From an uncultured Candidatus Saccharibacteria bacterium (GTDB taxonomy: Bacteria; Patescibacteriota; Saccharimonadia; Saccharimonadales; UBA10212): a stretch of 64,000 bases of DNA. The notes below the pieces were generated by a model that saw only the letters and a program-made list of their open reading frames with translations, did no database searches and had not been told where the DNA came from. Shown here piece by piece: positions 54,284 to 63,666 of this stretch. The DNA lies in NCBI GenBank assembly GCA_964448095.1, contig CAYUUT010000005.1, positions 3,306-67,305 of the forward strand, given 5' to 3'. Within the stretch, counting starts at the first letter, position 1; each line of letters opens with the position of its first letter. A program made the position numbers and the translations under genes.

Positions 54284-54880
54284 ATGAAATTATTAGTCAT
54301 TTTAGGTAGCACCAGACCGGGTCGTAAAACTGAACAGCTGGCCAAATGGGTAGTTGCCGCCGCCAAGGAGGTGCCAGATACGGATGTCGAACTAGTCGAC
54401 TTGCTAGATTACAAGATGCCCTTTTTTAATGAGCCAATCAGCCCGCGCTATAACCCGGACCGCAAGCCAGCCCCGGGAGTCCAAAAGTGGATGGATAAGA
54501 TGAAGTCCGGCGATGCCTATATTTTTGTCACACCGGAATATAATCATTCAATAACTGGGGTGCTAAAAAACGCCATAGACTACTTGACTAGCGAGATGTA
54601 CAAAAAGCCTGCCAGCGTAGCCTCGCATGGCACAGTTGGCGGTGCCCGGGCTACTATCCACCTCAAAGATATCCTTGGCGAATCAGGGGCCACTTTAATT
54701 AGCCGCCAGGTTGCTATTGCCGGCATGAGCGAGAAGATTAACGAAGCCGGAGAATTAAGCGAAGCCGAAAAAGCCAATCCTTATGGACCGCAAACCGCTC
54801 TCAAAAATATGCTCGAGGAGCTTAAATGGCACAGCGACCTAATGGCAGCTGGCCGGGCGCAAGACGAAAAGAGGAGCTAG
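54284..54880 (+). CDS. NADPH-dependent FMN reductase
   Basis: ATG at 54284 after AAAGGAG. MKLLVILGSTRPGRKT and FVTPEYNHSITGVLKNAID motifs. Confidence 0.8.
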   Translation: MKLLVILGSTRPGRKTEQLAKWVVAAAKEVPDTDVELVDLLDYKMPFFNEPISPRYNPDRKPAPGVQKWMDKMKSGDAYIFVTPEYNHSITGVLKNAIDYLTSEMYKKPASVASHGTVGGARATIHLKDILGESGATLISRQVAIAGMSEKINEAGELSEAEKANPYGPQTALKNMLEELKWHSDLMAAGRAQDEKRS

Positions 54881-55545
54881 TATTTAATCAGCCACTGGGG
54901 ACTGTCCATAAGGTTTTCCAGCCTGAACTGTAGTTCTCTGAGGCCGTTCTCTAGTTCAGCTTGTGGCGAGCCCAGAACGCCTAATTTAACGAACGGCTCG
55001 TGCACACTCATGCCGCAAAAAGCCAGGGTTCCATGGTTAATGGGGTGCAGGATTTGCACGGCCGTAGCGCCGTGCCGGCCCTCCGGCCGATAAAAATCCG
55101 CCGGCCCGCCAGCGGCAGTTATCACCATCGCTTGCTTGCCGCGCATCAGGCCCTTTTCATAAATCTGGCCGCCATCCCAGGCTACGCCCATAGCCAGGAC
55201 TCGGTCGAACCAGCCCTTCATAATAGCCGGCACGCTAAACCACCAAATTGGCGTTATAAACAGTAGTAGCTCGGCGGCTCGCATCTTCTGAATTTCGGCC
55301 AAAATATCGGGAGAAAAGGCTAAGTCCAGATTGGCGGCGTGTTTTTGCTCCAGCATGTAGTTGTAATGGTGGCCGCTGGTGGTTACAAAATCCCACTTCT
55401 GCGCGATGGCGCTAAAGCCTTGGGCATATAAATCACTAACCACCACACTGTGGCCGCGCTCACCCAAGACTCGAATGGCCACATTCTTCATAGCCGCCGT
55501 GTAAGACGTTGGCTCATCGTGCGCGTAAACAATCAATACATTCAC
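54877..55545 (-). CDS. flavodoxin-like-fold NAD(P)H:quinone oxidoreductase
   Basis: MNVLIVYAHDEPTSYT, ITPIWWFSVPAIMKGWFDRV. Its stop overlaps the convergent neighbour's stop in CTAG. Confidence 0.65.
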   Translation of the reverse strand: MNVLIVYAHDEPTSYTAAMKNVAIRVLGERGHSVVVSDLYAQGFSAIAQKWDFVTTSGHHYNYMLEQKHAANLDLAFSPDILAEIQKMRAAELLLFITPIWWFSVPAIMKGWFDRVLAMGVAWDGGQIYEKGLMRGKQAMVITAAGGPADFYRPEGRHGATAVQILHPINHGTLAFCGMSVHEPFVKLGVLGSPQAELENGLRELQFRLENLMDSPQWLIKY

Positions 55546-55586
55546 TTACCTACTATTTTAGCGTAAGCGGAATGATTCCTTGCAAA

Positions 55587-56024
55587 TTAAGCGCCGATAG
55601 GGCGGACGGCTTGGTCTTGCAGGCGAAAAATCATCTGGCTGATCTTCCAGGAGCCGGTGCTGGTTTTGACCAAAATGTAATCGATGGTGCCGCGAACGGT
55701 CCAGGCGTAGCGGTCCCCGCGGTCGGCTACATAATGCACATTCTCAACGGATGTAGAGACCTTGGCCCGCCGGCTGTTTAGCATCCTTACAGCCAGGTGG
55801 CGGATAAAGTGTCGGGTGGCGTAGAAATAGCTGCCAATCTCGCGCCGCCAGCCGTCAATTAACCTCTTCTTGGGTATCATAGCCGGGGTTTCGCCGCTAA
55901 AGGCTTTGTTATCTACAAATGGTTTTTTCACAAAATATTCTTCCAGCTGTTCCCACTGCTTCATATCCTGAAGCCGGGCTACGTTGGTGATGATGTTCCT
56001 GATTTCTTCTTTGTCGCTGTTCAT
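55587..56024 (-). CDS. NTF2/SnoaL-like-fold protein
   Basis: 145 aa. IRNIITNVARLQDMKQWEQLEEYF fits the SnoaL_4-like N-terminal helix pattern. Confidence 0.45.
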   Translation of the reverse strand: MNSDKEEIRNIITNVARLQDMKQWEQLEEYFVKKPFVDNKAFSGETPAMIPKKRLIDGWRREIGSYFYATRHFIRHLAVRMLNSRRAKVSTSVENVHYVADRGDRYAWTVRGTIDYILVKTSTGSWKISQMIFRLQDQAVRPIGA

Positions 56025-56180
56025 AGCAGGTCACTCCTTTCGGTGTTTTGATGGTATTTCCAGCATGCACTGGCAGGCTGAGAATATGCTGTTAGTTTTT
56101 TCACACAAAGGGGTAAAAGCAACCTTTTATGTGCCCCTATATTTTATCATGAGCAAAATTCAGGAATTCAATAGCGTAAG

Positions 56181-56954
56181 TTAAAATCCTGCTGGGTCAG
56201 ATACCGAATCCAGCTTGTCGCTTGCGCCAAGGTATATGGGCGGCCTGAGCTCGGCGGGTACGCAGTCAACGTTAAACCACGTAAGAATTCCCTCATCTAA
56301 AAGCTTCTGCATAATTACTATTGAGGGAGCCTCGCCGTTTGGCAGCTGAAAATTAACAGCCTCAGCCTTGCCCTTTATGGTGTCGATAATCTTTTGTGTA
56401 ATCTCTGAACCCTCGCTTCGTAGACGCTTCTGGGTCAGGCCGCGCGCAGAAACAACAACAGGGACACCTGTGGTTGCTTTAACTTTTTCGATTTCCCCTA
56501 GAGGCAGGTCTTCAAGGGCCCAATGTGGCTCGACAATAATTTCTGGCGGGTAAGGCTTGAATAAAAGAGCGTCTGCCCACGCGTGCAGCAAAACATTATT
56601 GGCGCCAAAATTTTGAATTGTCTCTTGAGCTTTGGGTAAAGCACGAACGTCTTTAACGTCAAGCACTAGATAGAGTCCGGCATCTTTCATGGCTTGCAGG
56701 ACGTCGTCGAGTGGCAAATTGTCAGGTGGTGGTAACCCCTTAAATTGGTAAAAGCTCAGAGGGTGACCGATAAAAACCGAGCCGTCTGCCGCCAGCGACA
56801 TGTCGACCTCCAGGCTCTTTTTAGCGTCCAAGGCCTTGGTCAAAAATTCTCGGTTGATTACATGCGCGTGCAAATAGACAAAAGGTTTTTGCTTATCGAT
56901 GATTGCTTCGACGGGGTTAACGGAGGCACCAGAAGACTGTTTATGTTTGTCCAA
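56181..56954 (-). CDS. hypothetical TIM-barrel-like phosphodiesterase (GDPD/PI-PLC-like, tentative)
   Basis: LEVDMSLAADGSVFIGHP resembles the E-x-D...H-D block of GDPD-type enzymes, but the similarity is weak. Confidence 0.3.
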   Translation of the reverse strand: MDKHKQSSGASVNPVEAIIDKQKPFVYLHAHVINREFLTKALDAKKSLEVDMSLAADGSVFIGHPLSFYQFKGLPPPDNLPLDDVLQAMKDAGLYLVLDVKDVRALPKAQETIQNFGANNVLLHAWADALLFKPYPPEIIVEPHWALEDLPLGEIEKVKATTGVPVVVSARGLTQKRLRSEGSEITQKIIDTIKGKAEAVNFQLPNGEAPSIVIMQKLLDEGILTWFNVDCVPAELRPPIYLGASDKLDSVSDPAGF

Positions 56955-57016
56955 TGCCTAGCCTCATATCTTGCGTAATAAACCTATGATACCACCGTAT
57001 TGTAAGTAATCTTGCT

Positions 57017-57142
57017 TGGCGGAGAGGGAGGGATATCGCCCGCTTGCAGCGGACTCCTTCCTGCGGTGCTCGGCAAGATTATATAGACATAATCTTGACC
57101 TCCGCTCCTCGTCCGCCGAACCCTCCGGATTCTCATCCCTCC
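57017..57142 (-). other. structured ~126-nt element ending in an exact copy of the tRNA-Ser 3' end (att-type scar or small RNA candidate)
   Basis: 18 nt (ATCCCTCCCTCTCCGCCA) are identical to the tRNA 3' end, and a 9-nt T-arm fragment GAGGGTTCG lies 82 nt upstream. The interior forms GCGGAC/GTCCGC, GCGG/CCGC and a 9-bp CAAGATTAT/ATAATCTTG hairpin. Confidence 0.35.
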
Positions 57143-57187
57143 ATTCAACAATGAAAAATAACCCACCAGATGGCAGGTTATTTTTCA

Positions 57188-57278
57188 TGGCGGAGAGGGA
57201 GGGATTCGAACCCTCGACAAGGTTTCCCCTGTACCACCTTTCCAAGATGGCGCACTAGACCAACTATGCGACCTCTCC
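57188..57278 (-). tRNA. tRNA-Ser (anticodon GGA), CCA encoded
   Basis: Hand-folded cloverleaf: acceptor GGAGAGG/CCTCTCC, anticodon stem CCATC/GGTGG with loop TTGGAAA, a long variable arm, T-arm GAGGG-TTCGAAT-CCCTC, discriminator G and CCA. Confidence 0.9.
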
Positions 57279-57352
57279 TCGTCGCGACTTACGCACTTAC
57301 CTCGTTTTGGCAGATTACCAAAAGCTTCGGCTTAGTGCTATGTCGCTCCTCT

Positions 57353-57396
57353 CAATCTTGCGAAATACTGCGGCAATGCGTAATTTCGCAAGATTG
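57353..57396. promoter_or_regulatory. 14-bp perfect inverted repeat (caatcttgcgaaat ... atttcgcaagattg), 16-nt loop
   Basis: Read directly. Lies between tRNA-Ser and the divergent ABC transporter genes. Confidence 0.4.
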
Positions 57397-57572
57397 TAGA
57401 GCTGCAATCTATTCTAACAGATAGACATTAGACTAATTTTTTAATCCTCTACTGCTTGTGTACTCCTACAATTACGGCGTACACTATTGGGTACAGAGAT
57501 TTTTAGGGTGGTGTTCTTGCAGTAAAGAGAGGGAAATCTCTTTTTTAATACTTAAAAATAAGGAAGCAATTA

Positions 57573-58439
57573 ATGGCTTTAATTGAACTAACCGATGTGT
57601 CCAAGCTCTACGGCTTCGGCGACGCCACCACCCTGGCGCTAGACGAGGTCAGCTTAAGCGTGGAAAGAGGTGAGTTCGTGGCGGTGATGGGCCCATCGGG
57701 CAGCGGCAAGACCACGCTAATGAATGTTATCGGCCTTCTGGACCGGCCGACCAACGGCAATTATTTGCTGGATGGCCGGCACGCCGACCGCCTGCGGCCC
57801 AATCGTCGAGCCAAACTGCGCCGTGACCGCATTGGCTTTGTTTTCCAGAACTATAATTTGCTGCCGCGCTTGAATGTTCTGGAAAACGTCGCCCTGCCCT
57901 TGGCTTATAAGGGCATGACTCCGGTGCGCCGGGCCAGGCGGGCCAGCGATATGTTGGAGCGCGTGGGCCTCCGTGAGCGTGAATATTTCTTCCCGCGCCA
58001 CCTTTCTGGTGGTCAGGCCCAACGGGCGGCGATTGCCCGTGCCCTTATCAATAATCCGAATATTATCATCGCCGATGAGCCCACCGGTAATCTGGATAGC
58101 ACCGACAGCAAGGTGGTCATGGAGCTGCTCAGCGACATCCATCGTCAGGGCAACACTATCCTGCTAGTCACCCACAATCCCGAGCTCACCCGCTACGCCA
58201 ACAGAGTGATTTATATGTATGACGGCATGCTGGTGGGCGATGAATTTACTGCCATTGGCCAGATGGCTAGCGGCGCCCGCCGGGTTTATTACGAAAAGCA
58301 CGAACTTACGGATGAAGATATCGTTAGCGGAGTTTCCAAACTTCTTAGCGACGTGCCCGGCAAAGAACTGGCGCCAATGCCGCGCCGCAAAACGAAGCGT
58401 AGAAAGCGCGCCCCGCGTCGCGGAAAGGCTATCAACTAA
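57573..58439 (+). CDS. ABC transporter ATP-binding protein (MacB/LolD-like) with a basic C-terminal tail
   Basis: Walker A GPSGSGKTT, signature LSGGQAQR, Walker B IIIADEPT. Confidence 0.9.
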   Translation: MALIELTDVSKLYGFGDATTLALDEVSLSVERGEFVAVMGPSGSGKTTLMNVIGLLDRPTNGNYLLDGRHADRLRPNRRAKLRRDRIGFVFQNYNLLPRLNVLENVALPLAYKGMTPVRRARRASDMLERVGLREREYFFPRHLSGGQAQRAAIARALINNPNIIIADEPTGNLDSTDSKVVMELLSDIHRQGNTILLVTHNPELTRYANRVIYMYDGMLVGDEFTAIGQMASGARRVYYEKHELTDEDIVSGVSKLLSDVPGKELAPMPRRKTKRRKRAPRRGKAIN

Positions 58440-58440
58440 G

Positions 58441-59658
58441 ATGTGGAACGGCAACGTTAAAAGCGCCATCACTGCCCTGCGCCAGTCCAAATGGCGCAGC
58501 TTGCTGACGATGATGGGTATTATCATCGGCGTTAGCTCGGTGGTAACGGTGGTTAGCCTGGGCGAAGGCCTCAAGCAGCAAATAGTCGGCCAAATTAATA
58601 GCCTGGGCAGCAATGTTATTACGGTGCGTTCCGGCAAACTGGTTAGCGGTTCAACCGAAAACAGCCTCAACTTGCTGGGCTTTTTTAGCGCCAGTACCCT
58701 AACCAATAAAGACGTTAGCGCCGTTTCTAAACTGCCTTCGGTCCAAAGTGTTGTGCCGATAGATTTTGTAACTAACAGCGCCAAAACCGGCGGCCACGAA
58801 ATGGACAACTTGTACGTCATAGGTACCAGTCCGGATTTGCCGATTCTACTAAATCAGAAGGTAAATTACGGCGATTTTTTCGACGACAGCCAGACCGGAC
58901 AGAACTTTGCGGTTATCGGCTCCAACGTGGCTACTCGCTTATTTGGCGAGCTGAATCCAGTCGGCCATAGCCTAGTCATTTCCGGGGTCAATTTTACCGT
59001 TGAAGGGGTCTTAGCACCGTCACCAGGCGGTTTGTTGTCTATCGCCGAGACCGACTTCAATTCAGCTGTCTTCATTCCGACAACCGTGGCCAACGGCTTG
59101 GCAAATGGCCACACCGATTTGTTACAGATCTTGGCTCAAAGCCGCGGTTCCGACTTGAATGGCACGGTAAGCGATATCCAGAATGCTCTGAACCAAACGC
59201 ACAATGGCGCTGATGATTTTACGGTTCTCAAACAGGACCAGCTGCTGGGCCTGACCAGTGGTGTGCTGAATATTTTCACGGCCTTTATATCCGGTATTGC
59301 GGCCATATCCCTGCTGGTTGGTGGCATAGGTATCATGGACATCATGCTGGTTAGTATCAGCGAACGCACTCGTGAGATTGGTATCCGCAAAGCTATTGGC
59401 GCCACTAACCGTCAGATCCTCAATCAATTTCTGGTCGAGGGTTTGGCTCTGACGCTGGCCGGCGGCTTCATCGGCATCATACTATCACTTCTTATAAATC
59501 TTGGCTTGCGGGCTGATACTAATTTACAGCCCGAAATTACGGTTTGGGTGATGGTCCTGGCCGTTGGCGTGTCGGTTATAGTGGGCATATTTTTCAGCGT
59601 AATCCCGGCCTTTAAGGCGGCGCGTAAGAATCCGATTGATGCCCTTAGGGGTGAATAG
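58441..59658 (+). CDS. ABC transporter permease (MacB/FtsX-like)
   Basis: ATG at 58441, directly after the ATPase stop. N-terminal TM, a periplasmic-type domain, and the C-terminal FtsX motif ERTREIGIRKAIGA. Confidence 0.85.
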   Translation: MWNGNVKSAITALRQSKWRSLLTMMGIIIGVSSVVTVVSLGEGLKQQIVGQINSLGSNVITVRSGKLVSGSTENSLNLLGFFSASTLTNKDVSAVSKLPSVQSVVPIDFVTNSAKTGGHEMDNLYVIGTSPDLPILLNQKVNYGDFFDDSQTGQNFAVIGSNVATRLFGELNPVGHSLVISGVNFTVEGVLAPSPGGLLSIAETDFNSAVFIPTTVANGLANGHTDLLQILAQSRGSDLNGTVSDIQNALNQTHNGADDFTVLKQDQLLGLTSGVLNIFTAFISGIAAISLLVGGIGIMDIMLVSISERTREIGIRKAIGATNRQILNQFLVEGLALTLAGGFIGIILSLLINLGLRADTNLQPEITVWVMVLAVGVSVIVGIFFSVIPAFKAARKNPIDALRGE

Positions 59659-59794
59659 CGCTCGTCCCTACTTCCTCCAGAGCCGCTCACGCGCGGAAGG
59701 TGCTTCGCCTGAGCTGCTAAGATAATTTAGCATCTCCGCTCAGCACCATACCGGCTGCGCTTCCGTTGATTCTCTGTCGGTAGCAGGGGCTCGC

Positions 59795-60823
59795 TTAGCC
59801 GAGTTCTTGTTTGAACTTTTCGACCAGGTCGACGGGCGCCGGATTAACACCATTCAGTAGGGCCAGATAAATCGTTACAAAGTCGCCGTAAACCACCGTC
59901 CAAAGCAGCTGCTCCATGAGTGTTTCGCCCTGGGCTTGGACTACATGCGCGGCAGGGCGTTTGCCAGATAGTAAGCGGTCAGATAGTTCAAAACGCTGTT
60001 GTACGCGTGGGTGCTCTAAGTTAGAGCGCAGGTCGATTACGGCGTAGGGTTTTTCGATAGGGTGGCTGCTCCAACCAATAAATTCATTGTGGTTAAACTC
60101 TGGGTATTCGCCCCACCAGGCAACGTTTTTTGCATTCTCATTAAAATCAATTTTCCACTTATAAGCCGCCGGTGCCAGCAGTGGTCCGGCATAAACTACT
60201 CCCGATTTACCAGCCAGTTCCAGAGCCATTTTCTTGGCCGGATTATTATCAGCCGGCACGGTCGCAACCCAGGCTTGAACAGATTGCTTTAAAAATTCGG
60301 CGGTTTGCTGCAACTGCTGAGAGGCCTCTTGGACATTCAATAACCCAGCCCCTTCCAAAATATTCACTAAAGCAACCAGCATATAAAATACCGCGTACCG
60401 TGGCTGCTCGGCCGCCGGGATTTTTACAAACGGGTAGTTTTTCTGCTGAGCTATCTCTTCTAACTTACCTCCACCAGCCATCACAGCAATTACTGCCCCC
60501 TGTTCCTCGGCTTCGGCCAGTGCCGACAGTGTTTCCTCGGTATTACCAGAGTAGCTGGAGGCGATAAACAGGGTTTTTGCGGATACATAAGCCGGGATAT
60601 GGTACTGCCGGCAAACTTCAAAAGGTAATTTATAACCAGGCCAACTATGGCTCAAAAGCGCCGGTAGGGCTGAGCCACCCATGCCAGCAAAAACGATGTT
60701 GCTAAAGTCGCCTTCTATTTTCGGGACTTCAAATTTGTACTCCAGCTGCCCCGCTTGCCTCTCGGCAATTCCCAGAGCGTCCTGGCCGTCGCGTTGATGA
60801 ATGTACTTCAAATCGTCAAGCAT
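59795..60823 (-). CDS. pgi: bifunctional phosphoglucose/phosphomannose isomerase (SIS family)
   Basis: GMGGSALPA and SYSGNTEETL SIS motifs, with size typical of the PGI/PMI family. Confidence 0.7.
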   Translation of the reverse strand: MLDDLKYIHQRDGQDALGIAERQAGQLEYKFEVPKIEGDFSNIVFAGMGGSALPALLSHSWPGYKLPFEVCRQYHIPAYVSAKTLFIASSYSGNTEETLSALAEAEEQGAVIAVMAGGGKLEEIAQQKNYPFVKIPAAEQPRYAVFYMLVALVNILEGAGLLNVQEASQQLQQTAEFLKQSVQAWVATVPADNNPAKKMALELAGKSGVVYAGPLLAPAAYKWKIDFNENAKNVAWWGEYPEFNHNEFIGWSSHPIEKPYAVIDLRSNLEHPRVQQRFELSDRLLSGKRPAAHVVQAQGETLMEQLLWTVVYGDFVTIYLALLNGVNPAPVDLVEKFKQELG

Positions 60824-60906
60824 AACCTTGTTTTATATCTCCTCTTGTCTTTATAATTGTAAATGATTGAGAATAACTTATCTAACTAGAAATCAAAGAG
60901 GTGGGA

Positions 60907-61512
60907 ATGTTCGGAGATAATAACGCTAATAATCCGGGTGTGGCGGGCCAAAATGGCGCGCCAGGTATGCCTCTTATGCCGGCCCCCGGAAACTTAGCGG
61001 AAACCAGCCCTATGCCACCTATGCAGCCCTCCGTGCCTCCGCCCGGTTATGGACCGCTTATGCCAGTGGCAGCTACTCCGCCACCTGCTCCGGTAGATGT
61101 ACCACCTGTTGCTCCGCCCACTGCTCCTCTGCCCGCACCAGAGGCGCCAACCGCTCCAGCACCTCCACCACCTGATGCCCAGCCAACTCCGCCTGCGCCC
61201 GTCAGTCCAACTCCGCCAATGCCGCTGGACGCTCCAACCAACGATGGTTTAATCCAGCTCAAGCAACAAGCTTTACAAAGTCTGACACCGCTGGTCAGCC
61301 AGTTAGACCAAACCCCGGAGGAAAAATTCAAGATTACCATGATGATGCTTCAGGCCTCTGACAATCCCGCCTTGGTCAAAGAAGCTTATGACATAGCCAA
61401 CCAGATACAGGATGAAAAAGCCCGTGCTAAAGCTCTACTGGACGTTGTTAACGAGATTAATTACTTTACCCAACAGCATGCCGCCGCTAACGGCGACTCA
61501 GCTGCGGTTTAG
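60907..61512 (+). CDS. Pro-rich protein with a helical C-terminal domain (hypothetical)
   Basis: ATG at 60907 after AAAGAGG (the listed ORF starts at a GTG at 60901). About 100 aa of P/A repeats, then a helical domain. Confidence 0.5.
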   Translation: MFGDNNANNPGVAGQNGAPGMPLMPAPGNLAETSPMPPMQPSVPPPGYGPLMPVAATPPPAPVDVPPVAPPTAPLPAPEAPTAPAPPPPDAQPTPPAPVSPTPPMPLDAPTNDGLIQLKQQALQSLTPLVSQLDQTPEEKFKITMMMLQASDNPALVKEAYDIANQIQDEKARAKALLDVVNEINYFTQQHAAANGDSAAV

Positions 61513-61934
61513 TTAGCCTTAGAAGAACGCCGCAGGTTCACAATATAGTGAAGGCCGGCCGCGGCCAGCGTAGCGCCAACAAACAGGCCCATAACTTGTC
61601 CAGGGCCACTGTTTGGCAGGCTAGTAGCAACCTGACCATTAGTTGAACTGGCGCCAGAACCATTCGATTTGTTGCTATTAGCTGAAGAGTTATTTTTATT
61701 GGCAGAAGAGCCAGAAGCGCTTGAACCGCTGAATGTAGGCCTGGTGGTGGCCGAAGTGGTCTTAACCGAGGTCTTATGATAATGCCGGTAAATTGCCCGG
61801 GCGCCAAAAACTAACAGCGTCGCCACAATTAGCGTGATTATTAAATAGACAACCAGCATTGGCCAGCGCCGGGGCGCCTCCTCGTGGTATTCCTCAATTG
61901 TCTTGACCTGGGTTTCCTTGTTATCGTCGACCAT
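61509..61934 (-). CDS. Ser/Asn-rich surface protein with an LPxTG-like sorting signal
   Basis: N-terminal TM helix. C-terminal LPNSG, then hydrophobic MGLFVGATLAAAGLHYIV, then basic RRSSK. Confidence 0.5.
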   Translation of the reverse strand: MVDDNKETQVKTIEEYHEEAPRRWPMLVVYLIITLIVATLLVFGARAIYRHYHKTSVKTTSATTRPTFSGSSASGSSANKNNSSANSNKSNGSGASSTNGQVATSLPNSGPGQVMGLFVGATLAAAGLHYIVNLRRSSKAN

Positions 61935-61998
61935 AACAACGGCTCCTTATTAAGAGTATATTTTACCCCTAATTAGCCGATATTGCAAGCTTAGGAGA

Positions 61999-63654
61999 TT
62001 ACATGCCTATGCCCATACCGCCCATATCGGGAGCAGGAGCCGGTGCTTTTTCCGGAATATCTACAACTAATGCGCCCATGGTCATAGCCGTACCAGCGAT
62101 AGAGACGGCGTTCTGGATTGCCTCTTTGACTACTCGCGTCGGGTCAACCACGCCAACGGTTTTAAGGTCTACCAGCTTGTCAGGATGGTTTACGTCGACA
62201 CCCATGCCGGCTTTGCCTTTTTTGACCTGCGGCAACCATTCATCGGGGTTCAGGCCTGCATTTTCGAGCAAAATACGAAATGGCTGCTCAAACGTCCGGA
62301 ACAGTAAGCTTTTGCCGGCCAAGACTGAAGAGTCGGTATCGGGACCAGGCTTAATGGCAAAAATCAGATTGATAAGAGTTACGCCTCCACCAGCTACAAC
62401 ACCTTCGTCTAGCGCAGCTTTGACGGCCGCTACGGCATCATCCACGCGGAACTTCTTCTCTTCAATCTCGGTTTCGGTAGCGCCGCCAACTTTGATGACG
62501 GCCACTTTGCCGCTCAAAGCCGCGCGACGCTTCTCCAGCTGCTCGCGGTCGTATTCGCTGCTGGCAGCATCAATCTGCTTGTTAATCTGTTCAATCCGGG
62601 CTTTAACGGCTGCAGCCGTGCCGGAACCTTCAACAATGGTCGTTTCGTCCTTGGTGACAATAACTTTACGGGCCGAACCGATCATCGTCAGCTCAGCATT
62701 TTCAAAAGTGACTCCGCGCTCTTCGCTAATCATTTCACCGCCAGTCAAAATAGCAATGTCTTCCAGAATCTCTTTGCGCCGGTCACCAAAGCTCGGTGCC
62801 TTAACAGCTACGGTGTTAAACACACCTTTCAAGCGGTTCAAAATCAGAGTACCAAGCGCTTCGCCGTCTAGATCTTCGGCGATAATCACTAAATCTTTCT
62901 TGCCGGCTTGGGCAAGTTTTTCCAGTATCGGCAAGAACTCCTGGACGGAGCTAATTTTTTGATCTGTCACCAGGATCGCTGGCTTGTCGTAAACAGCCTC
63001 CATGCGAGCAGTGTCAGTCACCATGTAGGGGCTGACATAGCCGCGGTCCATGGTAAAGCCCTCCACTACTTCGCTCTCCATGGCCAGACCTTGGCCTTCT
63101 TCTACGGTCACTACGCCCTCTTTGCCGACGTTTTCCATGACAGCGGCGATAAGTTCGCCAATCTCGGCATCACCGGCGCTGATAGTCGCCACTTCGGCGA
63201 TGCGGCCCTTTTTGCCGCTAATACTTTCACTAAGAGTTCCAAGTTTCTTTAGAACATCCTCAGAAGCCGCTTCCAGGCCTTTGCGCAGCAGCATCGGGTT
63301 GTGTCCGGCAGCAATCAACTTATTAGCTTCGTTCAGAATGTGATAGGTCAAAACGGTCACGGTGGTGGTGCCGTCGCCGGCCACGTCATTCATCTTGCTG
63401 GCAGCCTGCTTAATTAGCTCGGCCCCCACTTTGTAGCCTAAAGTATCTTCTTTATCGTTTAATACATCTTCTATTTCGACGCCCTTAGCAACAGTTACGC
63501 CGTCATGTGTCACGGTTGGATTGCCATAGCTTTTACCAATCACCGCGTTGCGGCCTTTTGGCCCCATGGTGGTCTTTACGGCGTCGTATAAAATCTGCGC
63601 CCCAGCCAATACCCGGCGGCGGGCGTCATCATCATAAAAAACTTTCTTTGCCAT
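61999..63654 (-). CDS. groL: chaperonin GroEL
   Basis: Canonical sequence throughout (AVKAPSFGDRRK, GGG..MGGM tail). Confidence 0.97.
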   Translation of the reverse strand: MAKKVFYDDDARRRVLAGAQILYDAVKTTMGPKGRNAVIGKSYGNPTVTHDGVTVAKGVEIEDVLNDKEDTLGYKVGAELIKQAASKMNDVAGDGTTTVTVLTYHILNEANKLIAAGHNPMLLRKGLEAASEDVLKKLGTLSESISGKKGRIAEVATISAGDAEIGELIAAVMENVGKEGVVTVEEGQGLAMESEVVEGFTMDRGYVSPYMVTDTARMEAVYDKPAILVTDQKISSVQEFLPILEKLAQAGKKDLVIIAEDLDGEALGTLILNRLKGVFNTVAVKAPSFGDRRKEILEDIAILTGGEMISEERGVTFENAELTMIGSARKVIVTKDETTIVEGSGTAAAVKARIEQINKQIDAASSEYDREQLEKRRAALSGKVAVIKVGGATETEIEEKKFRVDDAVAAVKAALDEGVVAGGGVTLINLIFAIKPGPDTDSSVLAGKSLLFRTFEQPFRILLENAGLNPDEWLPQVKKGKAGMGVDVNHPDKLVDLKTVGVVDPTRVVKEAIQNAVSIAGTAMTMGALVVDIPEKAPAPAPDMGGMGIGM

Positions 63655-63666
63655 CGATCAATCCTC

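Noticed and set aside
57017-57142. Calling the structured element an SRP (4.5S) RNA or tmRNA
   Set aside because: AGG/AGCA loops are suggestive, but the apex is a 9-bp AT hairpin with a 6-nt loop rather than a GNRA-capped helix 8. There is no tmRNA-like T-arm or tag ORF. It is left as an unclassified element.
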